The notes below the pieces were generated by a model, which saw nothing but the letters and a program-made list of their open reading frames with translations, searched no databases and was not told where the DNA came from. Below, piece after piece: positions 1-11,166 of a stretch of 64,000 nt of DNA. Made by a program: the position numbers and the translations under genes. The number at the start of each line of letters is the position of its first letter. The stretch's first letter is position 1. Source of the stretch: Schizochytrium sp. TIO01 (Eukaryota; Protista; Bigyra: Labyrinthulomycetes); the NCBI GenBank assembly GCA_004764695.1, contig SMSO01000035.1, forward strand, positions 3,670,040 through 3,734,039, in the 5' to 3' direction.

Positions 1-1
1 A

Positions 2-673
2 AAGGGCAAGGGTCAGGTTTCTGGTGTTTGGGACGCTGATGTCTTGCGACAAGGCGTCTTCTTTGATCAAAATGGAAATAAGTTGGACGCGGTTTTTGAT
101 GATGAAGGAAGAGTTGAAGAAGGAGTCTTTATGAATGCAGAAGGCAATGCTTCATACAAAGGGCGATTCAACAAGGCAGGCCTCCCACATGGTGTTGGTA
201 ATGCCGCATACCCGGATGAGTCAAAATACTCGGGAACTTTTGTCAATGGCCAGCGTCATGGTCAAGGCGCATGGTCAGTGTCTCCCCTTGAGTGGTATGC
301 TGGAGGGTGGAAAGAAAATGTTTTTAACGGCGACGGAATCCTTGCCTTCAAATTGAAGTCAAAGGCCGGTGATGGTGAAGACGGAGTATCAAAACCTGTG
401 GAACTCGAGGCTACCTGGAATGCTGGCAAATTAGACCCTGTGCGTTTATGCTGTGTTCGTGACGCAGTTACGCGCGAACCAATCTTTGAGGGTAAACTTC
501 AGGACTGGGATAGTGCTACGCAAGTGCCTTCATTTAGCCCCCCGACAATGTCTTTTAAACCGGAGTACATGCCACACGATTTTGCATGTTTTCTTGAGCC
601 GCTGCCTAGTTGTGAAGGAAAGGTTTTGCCAAGCCTGCCGAGTGACAGCGAATATGATACCGAGTCTGAATAA
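2..673 (+). CDS. MORN-repeat protein, 5'-partial (frame open from the window edge)
   Basis: Repeated YxGxFxxGxxHGxG motifs (YKGRFNKAGLPHGVG, YSGTFVNGQRHGQG, YAGGWKENVFNGDG). The frame has no stop from nt 2 to the TAA at 671-673. Confidence 0.8.
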   Translation, partial: KGKGQVSGVWDADVLRQGVFFDQNGNKLDAVFDDEGRVEEGVFMNAEGNASYKGRFNKAGLPHGVGNAAYPDESKYSGTFVNGQRHGQGAWSVSPLEWYAGGWKENVFNGDGILAFKLKSKAGDGEDGVSKPVELEATWNAGKLDPVRLCCVRDAVTREPIFEGKLQDWDSATQVPSFSPPTMSFKPEYMPHDFACFLEPLPSCEGKVLPSLPSDSEYDTESE

Positions 674-1370
674 CGTACTTCATTAAGAGAAAGCTTTGGA
701 TCCCGATAAAATTAACTCCTGCCATTTATGACAAAGACGTAAAATTGAAATTGAAATTAACACACAACTGCTTTGCTAATATGGTTCTCTTACTCTAACC
801 CTGGCAAGCAACAATCTGTGCGCCCACTTGGATTGAAGTACGGACGTATGGCATCGTTATCTCACTGTCAGTGTCACTAGATATCATAGACTTCTTCTGT
901 AGAATTAATAGACATGAGCAAAGTGAGATGTATAATGTTATTAACCCTAAGAAAGGCCTTGCGAAAAGCTCGTAAATATTTCTTAATATTAAACCTTATA
1001 TAGATGGTTTCTTGAAGTTCCATTTTTCTTTTCCTTTTTTTAAAAACATAAAGTAAATACAAGGCAGATTAGGTAGAATGCTGGCAGAGAATATTTCAAT
1101 AGCTCGTAAACATATTCATCAATGTAACGTTCCAAAGATGGCTACGACTTAAGGAATTCATGCATTTTCTTTGAAGATGAAATTACAATACTCAAGAGTA
1201 GTGTATGGTATTTAATAATAAAAAACACCTCGAAAAGTGTCAGGGTTTGGCACTTGTTGTTGAATTTTCTTTGTCGCGCCTTGTTTAAGCTTGGTCCATG
1301 CGCATTGTAAAGCCCACGGTGAAATTCTATTACCACGATATTGATCATAATCATAGAATAAAATATTCAC

Positions 1371-2003
1371 TCATTGCTGTGATTTTCGAGCCATTCTTTG
1401 TGACGTGTAAGTCGAATTGTAAGCCTCGTGGTCTTCAGTGCTCACATTTTTACGACGTGAAAGCAGCTGAGGAGGGACGAAGACATTCTGCGAGGAAGGT
1501 GCGCTTGGACGTTGAGCTGATGTGGTGGCTGACTGCTGATATTTAGTGGGTTGGGTTGGTTTTTGCTGGCCAAACCTGGGGAGGTCCTGGTGATGCGTTG
1601 GATTAAATTTTGGCAAACTTTGCAGCGGTTGTTTCAACGCAATAGTTTGCTCGCCAAATTTCGGTAAATTTTGTTTCGGAGCGCTATTCTGTTCACCGAA
1701 TTTTGGCAGATCTAGTCGAGGCTTCTTTATTGATTCTTTGGATATCTGTGGTGTATGAGGGTTCTCAGAAGAAAGTAATTCCGCAGGTCTTTTGTGTGGT
1801 GAAGGAGTTTCCTCAGTTTCCATGCGCTCGCAGTCGTGCGTTGCAGCCATTGGATTTGTTACGTTGTTATTTTCTGTTTCACTTGATGGTTCAACGTTCG
1901 GCACTTGTTTTGGGACTTCACGATCTCCCAAATTTTGTTGGGTTTGTACCTCCTCGTCGTCGCTTTCCTCGTCCGAAGACGACGCGTAGTTTTGAAGCAT
2001 CAT
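1371..2003 (-). CDS. Uncharacterised disordered, probably nuclear protein (210 aa)
   Basis: ATG start; N-terminal L-x-x-Y-A-S-S-S-D-E-E acidic motif; four LP[KR]F repeats; C-terminal FVPPQL..RKNVSTED motif. Composition looks protein-like. Confidence 0.7.
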   Translation of the reverse strand: MMLQNYASSSDEESDDEEVQTQQNLGDREVPKQVPNVEPSSETENNNVTNPMAATHDCERMETEETPSPHKRPAELLSSENPHTPQISKESIKKPRLDLPKFGEQNSAPKQNLPKFGEQTIALKQPLQSLPKFNPTHHQDLPRFGQQKPTQPTKYQQSATTSAQRPSAPSSQNVFVPPQLLSRRKNVSTEDHEAYNSTYTSQRMARKSQQ

Positions 2004-2876
2004 CCTTGCTAAAATTGTTCAACTGATGGCTTGTTTCTCCACAGTATCAGCGAGCTCTGCACTCTCTCTGCACTTTCTCCACTTTCTCCAAGCAATCTTC
2101 ACTCGACGCTCGAACTTCAACGTCAAGCCACGCTTGCAAGCGCTCTTCGTTGGAGAAGATGTTTTGCATCTCATCACAGACCTTTTCATTCTTTTCTTCA
2201 AAAGTTCATCATTGGAATAAAATTAATGGAATACCCAATTCTCTTATCATGATGGCGCTTATGATCATAAGTTCACCTGGTCGTGTAATATAAAATGTCT
2301 ATCCATTCTTTCGCTGACTCGGTTGTGCAAATCAACTCATCGATAACAACACAACTCTAAAGCAATTCATCCATCGCAGTTACCAATCGAGTGGCCGACC
2401 AAACCTTCGATCGCCTCCGAACGATCTTTGGGGCGTCGATCTATACGACTAGGACTGCGGCAGAGGCTCTGTCGTGCACCAGTTCACCAACACTCGAGCC
2501 GGTGTGGCATTTGCGTGCACATAAGAGGGCTCTACGGCAGTGAGGTACCGGTGGAGGAAACCCTTGTTCGTTGTGTGCCCATACAGAAAATAAACATACG
2601 TACGTGTAAGTTTGCGAACTGCAATCTGCATCAATATGAACGTGTATACCATAAAGGCTGCTAGACCTTCCTCGAAATTGATTGGGCTTATCTTAGCTCA
2701 CAACGTTTGTGTAGGATCTAGAGAACCTGATTCTTGGATTGGATGCAAGCAGAAGGACATTGTCATCATAGTTGATGGAAAACAACCACAGCCGCAGCAA
2801 ACTAACATGATACTAACTGGATTGTGTGTCTTTGATGAATTTGTTCGCGCAGTAGACAAGGTTAAAGTTTGCCAAA

Positions 2877-3941
2877 ATGGGTTTCTTTGGCGTCTTCGCG
2901 GGAATGATGATCACCGTATTGCCATTAGTCTCGGTGGTAGGCCTCTGGATCGCGTCCCTTTACGACCAAAGGTTCGCCAACATTGTCTACAAGCTACACC
3001 TGCTGCGCTTGGGTCTGAGCCATATGATTTTCTCCAAGGACAAGAAGTGGCCTCGCCAGCCTGATTCTGCTGAGATTCTTGACACTGTGGTGGCCTCCAA
3101 GCAAGTCATATTCGTCCGCCACGGAGAGAGCTGCTGGAATGAAGTTTTCAACAAAGGCTTTGGGCCAAGCTTCCCTGGACGTCTCTACCGCGCTCTCCGT
3201 GACGAGTTCTTTCAAGGCCCCACTCTGGACTCGACTTTCCTGGACTCTCCTTTGAGCGAGGAGGGTACTGAGCAGGCTGGAGGCCTAGCTAAGTTTGTGG
3301 AATCTAGTGATGAAGGTGTTGGTGCTGTTCTTAAGGGTCTGGAGGGTGAATCGGTGCTCGTCGCTAGTAATCTGCGCCGTGCTCTTTCAACTGCCACGAT
3401 TGGATTTTGGGCCCGCCTGCAGCGCACCCAGGAGAAGATCCACATTCTTTCATGCCTGCAGGAGGTGTCTACAAACGTTGACTGCGTTGCCCTCGCCAAG
3501 CCCCAGGGCTACCCTGAGCTTTCCGATGAAGAACTTCATGCAATCAATATGAAGAAGCAAACCTGGACCCCGGAGCGCTACTTTAATGCAGTGGAGAATG
3601 ATGGTGATAAACCGGTAAGCTCGCGCGGAATCAATCGCATGAAGGACTTTGCTTCTTGGGTTTTCGAGCAGGATGAGCCTACCATTATTGCTGCTGGACA
3701 CAGTTTGTACGCAAGACATTTCTTTAACACTTTTCTACCCCAGGCTTCAATGCATGTCGCTCGTGTTAACAAGATGCAAAACTGTGCTGTTGTTTCCTTC
3801 ACCCTTGAACTTGGCAAACTAAAGAACGGCAAAAGCTGGTACCGTATTCCGGAGGAGTCCATTGAGCCATTGTACCTTGGCTTCGAGGAGAAGAAAAAGA
3901 AGAAATCCTCGAAAACAACAAAACCTGAAAAGGGCGAATGA
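2877..3941 (+). CDS. Histidine phosphatase / phosphoglycerate-mutase-like protein with N-terminal hydrophobic anchor
   Basis: FVRHGES catalytic motif, DSPLSEEGxEQA, ASNLRRALST, LQE and AGH (second His). Residues 1-28 are hydrophobic. Confidence 0.85.
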   Translation: MGFFGVFAGMMITVLPLVSVVGLWIASLYDQRFANIVYKLHLLRLGLSHMIFSKDKKWPRQPDSAEILDTVVASKQVIFVRHGESCWNEVFNKGFGPSFPGRLYRALRDEFFQGPTLDSTFLDSPLSEEGTEQAGGLAKFVESSDEGVGAVLKGLEGESVLVASNLRRALSTATIGFWARLQRTQEKIHILSCLQEVSTNVDCVALAKPQGYPELSDEELHAINMKKQTWTPERYFNAVENDGDKPVSSRGINRMKDFASWVFEQDEPTIIAAGHSLYARHFFNTFLPQASMHVARVNKMQNCAVVSFTLELGKLKNGKSWYRIPEESIEPLYLGFEEKKKKKSSKTTKPEKGE

Positions 3942-4332
3942 GCTTATTCATCTCTTCTGCCAAATACATTACTATCCTTTAACACCAACATACTATAAAT
4001 ACGCTTTTGCTTTTTACTGTTCTAAGAATACTGGTTCACACGCCAAAATCGTGTTTGCTTCTGCTTCTTCTTGGTGTCTTAAGACCCATAGTTCCTACGT
4101 TGCATGAAAAATCAAGAAAGCGGCTAGAAATCTTGAAATGCGTAATCTACATGATATGCCCTTCTATACCATGTGGACTTCAGCGTCTTAGCATGTGAAA
4201 TTATTGGTGCTTTGGTTGTGAAAGTGAAAAATATGGTGCAAGGAACTTGAGAAAAGTAAACAAATACTTTAGAAACATGGTTGTAGTAATATGAAAGAAA
4301 TATAATAGGGCATAGACACGTGTTTGTTCGCT

Positions 4333-5673
4333 TTAGGCATAATCAAGCAGAATTGCGTCACGCTCCTCAGGACCAAGCAAGTCAAACTCCTCTTGGGTCA
4401 TGCATGGCAGTTTCTTCATGCTAAGTTTGAGGTTCAGGCGGTGCAAGTCAGTTTTATAATGCTCACGCTGAAGGGTACGATCAGAGCCAAAGGCTACATT
4501 GCAGGTGCGGCAGCGCAGACCACCCGTGTCTGTGTTCGGAGCAGCAGGTGCCACTGCAGGTGTGGGGGCCGGTGCTGCAGAATTAGCAGTCGTTGTAGTA
4601 GCAGATGCGGGCTCTGACTTGGAAGGCTTGTCATCCTCTTCATCATCATTGTCATCGTCTTCTTCACGGGCAAGACGGCGGAGATCCTTCTTCTTCTTCT
4701 TCTTGTTCTTTTTCTGCTGAATCTTCAGTTTCTGTAGGCTCATCACCTGCTCCTCATAGGGGTCAAGTTCCTCAGTATCGCCCTTGGATTTAGCGTCATT
4801 GCTCTTGCCATCATCATCATTCTCACGAGCATTGCCATCATCTATATCCTCATCATTAGCTTCTGTAGATGCCGCAGCCTTACCGGACTTTGTCGTACGT
4901 TTGGCATCAGCTGTCTCCACGTCTGCCTCGGTGTCATCCTGGACGCTGAAGTCCTTCACTTCAATAGATCCAGGCGGATTAAGTGCTGCTACGAACTCTG
5001 AGAGTGCCCTAAAATGGCCGGGGTCAAGATAAATCTGCTGCACAAATGAATCTACAGTTTCTTCAGCGCGGGAGACCTCTCCGTCGATGAGCTCCACTTG
5101 TTTAGTGACCTCGTCCTTAAGGTCCTTCTCAACCGCTACTCGCACAAGCATCTGGGCTCTCTTGATAGGCATAACCTTCTCCAGCTCACGAATAACCTCA
5201 AGAGCCTGCTGCTTAGCACTTTTGCTTGTGACAGCTGCGAAATGAATTGTATCTCGCATTGCTGTCTCGATAGTGCTGACGGGATAGGGTCTCATATTCT
5301 GAGGGTTAACACATTTCTCACTCACAATTGTGGCTACGTTCTTGAACCTGTTCTGAATTTGCACTGCTCGCTCACCCTCTGAGATCTGAGAAGTTCCTTT
5401 GCTTAAGATAATTCTGCACACTGCCTCAGTGTCACTGGTGCCGAAGGCGGCTTCAAGGTCCTTAGTCTTCGCAACCACGCCCTTGGAGACATTTTCGAAG
5501 ACACGATCGATTTGCAGTACCTCATCAATGTCCGTCTCAAGACCACTGCGCCAGTTCTCAATTTTGTTGCGGTAGCACGCAACCTCGAAGCGCTTGCCGT
5601 GACGCTTCAGACGCACCACAGCCACATTGGTCAGGCGAACCTGGTTCACAGCCTGTTGGATCTTTTGGCTCAT
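4333..5673 (-). CDS. SBDS: Ribosome maturation factor SBDS/SDO1 with acidic linker and C-terminal C2H2 zinc finger
   Basis: NQVRLTNVAVVRLKRHGKRFEVACYRNK, DEVLQ..VFENVSKG, CVNP..RPYP and KSAKQQALEVI are SBDS hallmarks. C-terminal CRTC...HYKTDLH. First ATG is at 5673; the ORF track starts at a TTG at 5703. Confidence 0.95.
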   Translation of the reverse strand: MSQKIQQAVNQVRLTNVAVVRLKRHGKRFEVACYRNKIENWRSGLETDIDEVLQIDRVFENVSKGVVAKTKDLEAAFGTSDTEAVCRIILSKGTSQISEGERAVQIQNRFKNVATIVSEKCVNPQNMRPYPVSTIETAMRDTIHFAAVTSKSAKQQALEVIRELEKVMPIKRAQMLVRVAVEKDLKDEVTKQVELIDGEVSRAEETVDSFVQQIYLDPGHFRALSEFVAALNPPGSIEVKDFSVQDDTEADVETADAKRTTKSGKAAASTEANDEDIDDGNARENDDDGKSNDAKSKGDTEELDPYEEQVMSLQKLKIQQKKNKKKKKKDLRRLAREEDDDNDDEEDDKPSKSEPASATTTTANSAAPAPTPAVAPAAPNTDTGGLRCRTCNVAFGSDRTLQREHYKTDLHRLNLKLSMKKLPCMTQEEFDLLGPEERDAILLDYA

Positions 5674-6618
5674 GACGACAAACAAGGGCAGAGCAGAACG
5701 CAAGGCGAACGCAAACTCTGGCGCGAGGTCAGTCGACTTAAGGTCTGCAGAGGAGCCCGACTTGGCCCAAATACAGAAGGTTCAACGATCTTCCTCAGAT
5801 TGGATCTGCAGTCGAAGTTGAGGCAATGGATGGAGTGCCAGTGAAAGTGAATGAATAGGCCTAAATCATACTAAAAATTAGAAAATGAATGAAGAAATCC
5901 AATTAGAAAGAACTTTAGAGAATTGCTGAAAGAGTGAACCTAAGAACAAGATTGACAAAGAAAAAACAACAGCAACAGAAGTAGAAGGAGCTGTTGATCA
6001 AAGAAGACCTAATTACAGGCTTGAGAAGGGCGCCAGGCTCTTCACTAGATGGTACGAAGGTTGATAAAAAAAATTAATCCTTTTGTAAAAATGTAAATTA
6101 CCATGAAAATTAAATAGAGCTGTACTAATAGTGTATTATAAGTGACTAAGAGTATCAACTCTCCTGGCTTCGCAGAACAGCTATGAAGGAAAATTACAAA
6201 AACTGTAATAACGGGATAAACTAATACAAGGAATGGATAAAAATCTTGCAACCACGCTATTGTTGGCAAGATCGAACTCTTGATGGACGCAACGAAGTTC
6301 ATATGCATGGTTCAGGGAAGGATAAGTTGCCTCAAATGAAGTAGAGAATTGAGGGGTCTCTGTAAGCCTCATGCAGTGTATCCGTACCTACAGACCATTG
6401 TAACTAGAAGTCTCAAATCCTGTATCAAGCCTAAATCTTGTTAAAATCAGGCTATCTGAGCTATTACAGAGAAATGTTTGGTGTAGTTCGAAAGCGCGGG
6501 GAAGCGCAAAAATGGTCAAGTACAGAACTCTCGTGTGCATCAAAACAGAAATAGAACATTATAAAATTAGACAGTTAACGTCACAACCTGAAAAGAAAGG
6601 TGGAGCAAATGTAAAGCA

Positions 6619-7938
6619 TTATAGAGGGGTCTCAGAATGGGGCCGACCTGCGTCACAGCTAGGTCTGTGCGGAGGTAACCACACTGGTGGTGTGACTTGG
6701 AAAACAGTGATGGATGAGCGACCTCCTTTCTTCTCCATGGACGATCCAATTTGGGTATTATCAAAAGACCACTCGTCTTCTACTACTACAACCTTGACCT
6801 TTTCTGATTTGGTGTTACTTGTTGAAGAGTTCTTCATAGAAAGTTCAGACGCTCGAACATTCTCCAAAACATTAAAGTACAGGTAGTAAAGTACAGCGAG
6901 TGTTGCACAGAGGATAAAGAATGGCACACCTTCATCAAAAATGACTATAGTTTGTACCTTTTTATTCGGGCTCATGGTAGAGCGTTGGCCGTTCGCTGGA
7001 AGTAATGTCATTGCGGAATAAACAAAACCGCTCATGAAGACTAGTGAGAGCGCAAAGACAACAACTGTTGAGGTATGACGAACACGATGCAAAAGGAGGT
7101 TGTAACGACATTTGGCCTCGTGCTTCATACTAGCGCTTGAATCTGTTCTTGACAAATCTGGGCTCTCATCGTCGCTGCATACGTGGGCTGGGGAAGTAAT
7201 GACCTCTTCAAGCATTTCTACCATCCCCGCTGCGCCGTAGGCAAAGCAGCCAATCATGAAGAGAATAAATGGAGCTGTAAAGACTGCAACATATGCTGTA
7301 CGGCCAAGACCAAACAAAACTGCTAGACCTACAACAAGAAGGCCTTCGAAAACATATACGACGCGACTATAAACAGATAAACCGCGCTTCATACTTTGCG
7401 TTAAGTGTCTTGACATACGAGCAACTTTAACCCATACCAAAGAAACATTCAGAAAAGACAATGTACTAAGGCACAAAGTGCACCCGACCATTGCTCGCTC
7501 TAGAGGCATGAGCAAAGGCTGGCGAGTTAATTCTCCATTAGACCCAGCCTCAAGAATGTTTTGATCTGGCTTAAGGACAATCGCAATGGTGGTGGCGCGC
7601 CAACAAATGTGAGCTAACATAGCACTCCAAAGCATCATTAGAGTCGCCACCTGCACATTTGTTTGACATCCACTCACTCTGATAAACCTCAAGAGCAAAA
7701 TAGATGCAGCAATGAAGGCAATTAACCCCAAGAGAAGTTGCAGGCTTGCCGAAACAATGAAGAAGTATGAGGTACCTCCTAATTCCAAACAATCATCTCC
7801 TGTCCAGCCATACCAGTACGAACATGTGCAAAGGCTCTGGTCGTCATACCAAGATGCGTTCAAATAGCAAACGTATGGCGCAACACATCCTGACGACCCA
7901 GTGTCTTCGGAGCAAGGTGCTCCCCAGTAATCACCCAT
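6619..7938 (-). CDS. Seven-transmembrane receptor-like protein with N-terminal EGF-like Cys domain (paralogue A)
   Basis: Six-Cys N-terminus ending CTCSYWYGWTGDDC, seven hydrophobic segments, and a Ser-rich C-tail. Clear end-to-end homology with 9898-11166. Confidence 0.85.
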   Translation of the reverse strand: MGDYWGAPCSEDTGSSGCVAPYVCYLNASWYDDQSLCTCSYWYGWTGDDCLELGGTSYFFIVSASLQLLLGLIAFIAASILLLRFIRVSGCQTNVQVATLMMLWSAMLAHICWRATTIAIVLKPDQNILEAGSNGELTRQPLLMPLERAMVGCTLCLSTLSFLNVSLVWVKVARMSRHLTQSMKRGLSVYSRVVYVFEGLLVVGLAVLFGLGRTAYVAVFTAPFILFMIGCFAYGAAGMVEMLEEVITSPAHVCSDDESPDLSRTDSSASMKHEAKCRYNLLLHRVRHTSTVVVFALSLVFMSGFVYSAMTLLPANGQRSTMSPNKKVQTIVIFDEGVPFFILCATLAVLYYLYFNVLENVRASELSMKNSSTSNTKSEKVKVVVVEDEWSFDNTQIGSSMEKKGGRSSITVFQVTPPVWLPPHRPSCDAGRPHSETPL

Positions 7939-9897
7939 CTTTAGAATGCAATCTGATCAGCTATTTGGGTACCTTTTGGTCTTATTTGTGTTTTGCTTGC
8001 GTTGCAGGCTCGCCAAAATTCTATTCGGGCTTTGTGGCCTTGCCGATGCGCTGCACGTGCCGTGAATTTCTTTTAAGAGTGTACTCGAGCCTCTCTAGTG
8101 TTGTAATTCCCCCTGCATGTGCTGCGAGCCTTTTCCTAGAGAGCTCTCGTCCTAGCTACCTGCAAAATAACAATACCGTCTGAGTTAATCTTGGAATCTG
8201 TTAGGACACGTTAGACTCGATTGTGCTTTCAGCTGAATGAATGCTTACAAACTTACATCACTTTTCACAATGATAGGCTCCCAAGTAGCGTTCGGAAAGA
8301 TCGGGGTCTTTAGATTCTCCTGTCTTAAAATTTGGCGATACTAGTAGTACATATAGAGTTTACTGCATACGTTTAACTGGCATGGTCACTTTTGTCTTTT
8401 TTTCTTATCTTTCTTTTCTCTTGTGGATTGTGAAATTCCAAGACTCCCCCCCGTCTTTCCTAAGTCCCCAAGCAAGGTGGCTGGTTATACACATCATCAT
8501 TTTATGTGTCCCATGATAAGAAAGAGTATCCCTAGATGTCGCCACAAGGTGAGTGTGGCTGATGGTTGCATTTGTCTTGAGGGCAGGTAAAGAACCAAGA
8601 GACGATGAATACCTACATGAGACGAAGTTACTCTATTTATCATTATTACAACTACTATTACTAAGAGCAGTCTTAATAGTGTCACGAGTGGTGCTAGTGG
8701 TACTAGTAATAGTATTAAAACCACACGGAGTACGTGTGGCATTCTTTGAAAAAGAACCAAGCTAAGAAAGAAGTGACTTCTTGAACATGAGTTTCAAGCA
8801 ACGCAAAACATGGAGCAATGTCACAGCAAACATGAAAACATCTCGAATATGCCATGCGCGGATGAAAACTGTAGTTTTCAATAGAGAATATACGCTAATT
8901 TGAAAGAACACTATACTCAAATAAGCAGTTATTTCTTCTCATCTCTGGTTGAACTTGGAGGTATCCATGCATAGCTCACAGATACTATGAGGGGATTCCG
9001 GTATCATTTATTAGCATATTAAAATGATCATACTATTTTACTTCGCAAGGTATCGATAATATAAATCACTGGCCTTTGTATCTGGGCCAAAACACCGTGA
9101 CTGGTTGCGTTCTGGGATTGCATAGTAGTTCGCATAGAAAAAGCAACTTGAAAGTAATCATGCAAGTTTTCATTCAAAGCACACTAGCACCAAAATGAAC
9201 GTGTGTACTACAATACAAGCCAAGTGTAAGCCTGAGCTGCATCATGAGATCCTTGTGCCAGTGATTCAGGTAGCACATAAAAGAAGACAACTTAAATTGG
9301 AACAACTCTCGAACCATAAGTAAGCAAATTTCTTTCTCTCTTTATGAAGCATTTCTTCAATTCTGTAAGTTCCCGGCATGCTTTTTTTTGCACTGTTTAA
9401 GCAGCAATGCTGTAGTGACCCAGGTAGGACTCGTTTGTTTCCAACATAGTTCGACCTCTGGATGTCATTCCCCACAGACCTCAATAATAGTTATAGTACC
9501 AACGAAATAGTAAAACCTGAGCACTGGTCTCATTGTCGATGAACAGATCTCTACATGTAATTTGGAGGGCCAATCATTTCCCTTATGGATTCTAACTAGT
9601 GTTATACAAGACAACAGAAAGGCTTCTAAAGCAACGTTTGCTAGAGCGTCAGAGAAACTTGATGATCATGCTGTTATCTATGGTACACTTTAAAGCTAAA
9701 CGTCATTATTTAGTGCATGATGATCTTTATAGACCAGGCTTCGTCGGCCGTAGCTCTAGACGTGGTTCAAGGCGACTTGGGATAACATAGCAGTTAAAGA
9801 CAAGACTGTGGACGTCGCTACACCTAAGAGCACTAGAACGTATGGCGCGTGCCTCATCAGAACATAACAAAATCTACAACGATTACACATTTCTATT

Positions 9898-11166
9898 CTA
9901 CATTTGCAAGTTTTTGGGTGTTGGAGCATCAAAAACACTTACGGAAGACCTTGCATAGGTTCGTACTGACGATCCGAATGACCAGCCCTCGTCCTCAGCT
10001 AGAGGCTTGTCTGTGACTTGAACAACGCCTTGTGCAGATATTGATGTGCTGGTCTGCCATGATTTACGAACTGTCTCAAGAACAGTAAAGTAAAGATAGT
10101 ATAAGGCCGTGAGCTGGGCACATAAAATGAAGAAGGGAATTGCCTCATTAAATAGGACCACTACATGAGCTTTTCGATGAGGATCAATGGTAGACCTTTG
10201 ACCATATTCTGGAATCAATGTTAGACCCGTGTAGATAATGCCACACATGAGTGTCAAAGCGAGGGTAGCAACAACTCCAAAGGCTGTTCTCTGGACACGG
10301 AAAATTAATGTGTTATAGATACCTGTAGCGCCTTGTGTATCCTCTTTGGCACCATGTCGTTGTTGTTGTTGTTCGAGCTCATCGTGCTGATTCATGCTCC
10401 CCTGATGAGCTCGAGTTGTCGCTGTGAGAGCATCAGACAAAAGGCTTGTCATTGACACAGCGCCATATGCAAAGCAGACAATCATGAAAAGTAGGAAAGG
10501 AGCCGCAAAAAATGTGACATACCCAGTAAGCCCAAGACCAAAAAGAATGGTCAAACCAATCACTAATAGGCCTTCAAAAACATAAACGGTTCTTCTATAG
10601 GCAGAGAGACCCCATCTCATATTGTGAGTTAGGTGCCTTGATAAGCGTGCAATTTGAACCCAAACCAGTGATGCATTCAAAAGCGCTAAAGTGCCTAAAC
10701 ACATGGTCAAACCTATCATAGCTCGTTCAACCGGTGTGAGTTGGTGTACCCGACCTTCATCATTTGCTTTGATTTCTAGTGTATTATCCCAAGGGGTGAG
10801 TACAATCATCATTGTCACGACACGCCAGCAAATCAAAACGACAAGTGCTAACCACAACAAAATTAAGGTAATGACTTGTATATTACCAAACTTGCATCCA
10901 TCAATGTAAAAGTATCGAGCTAGCAGAACTGTTGCAAGAGCGAGTCCGATAAATGCTGCTGATGCCTGAATGCCCGCAGAGGAGATTAGAAAATACGATG
11001 CTCCGCTAAGCTCCAGGCAGTCATCGCCAGACCAGCCGTACCAATATGAACACGTGCATAGGTTCGTATTATTGTACCATGATGCATGGATATAACATAC
11101 ATATGGTGCTACGCATCCGCTGGAGCCGGTATCTTGCGTACAATATGCTCCCCAGTAGTCGCCCAT
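9898..11166 (-). CDS. Seven-transmembrane receptor-like protein with N-terminal EGF-like Cys domain (paralogue B)
   Basis: N-terminus (MGDYWGAYC..CVAPYVC..CTCSYWYGWSGDDC) is nearly identical to paralogue A, with the same 7 TM pattern. Confidence 0.85.
   Translation of the reverse strand: MGDYWGAYCTQDTGSSGCVAPYVCYIHASWYNNTNLCTCSYWYGWSGDDCLELSGASYFLISSAGIQASAAFIGLALATVLLARYFYIDGCKFGNIQVITLILLWLALVVLICWRVVTMMIVLTPWDNTLEIKANDEGRVHQLTPVERAMIGLTMCLGTLALLNASLVWVQIARLSRHLTHNMRWGLSAYRRTVYVFEGLLVIGLTILFGLGLTGYVTFFAAPFLLFMIVCFAYGAVSMTSLLSDALTATTRAHQGSMNQHDELEQQQQRHGAKEDTQGATGIYNTLIFRVQRTAFGVVATLALTLMCGIIYTGLTLIPEYGQRSTIDPHRKAHVVVLFNEAIPFFILCAQLTALYYLYFTVLETVRKSWQTSTSISAQGVVQVTDKPLAEDEGWSFGSSVRTYARSSVSVFDAPTPKNLQM

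Noticed and set aside
2019-2252. Short ORFs just upstream of the 1371-2003 gene
   Set aside because: No homology cues; probably 5'UTR or divergent-promoter sequence.
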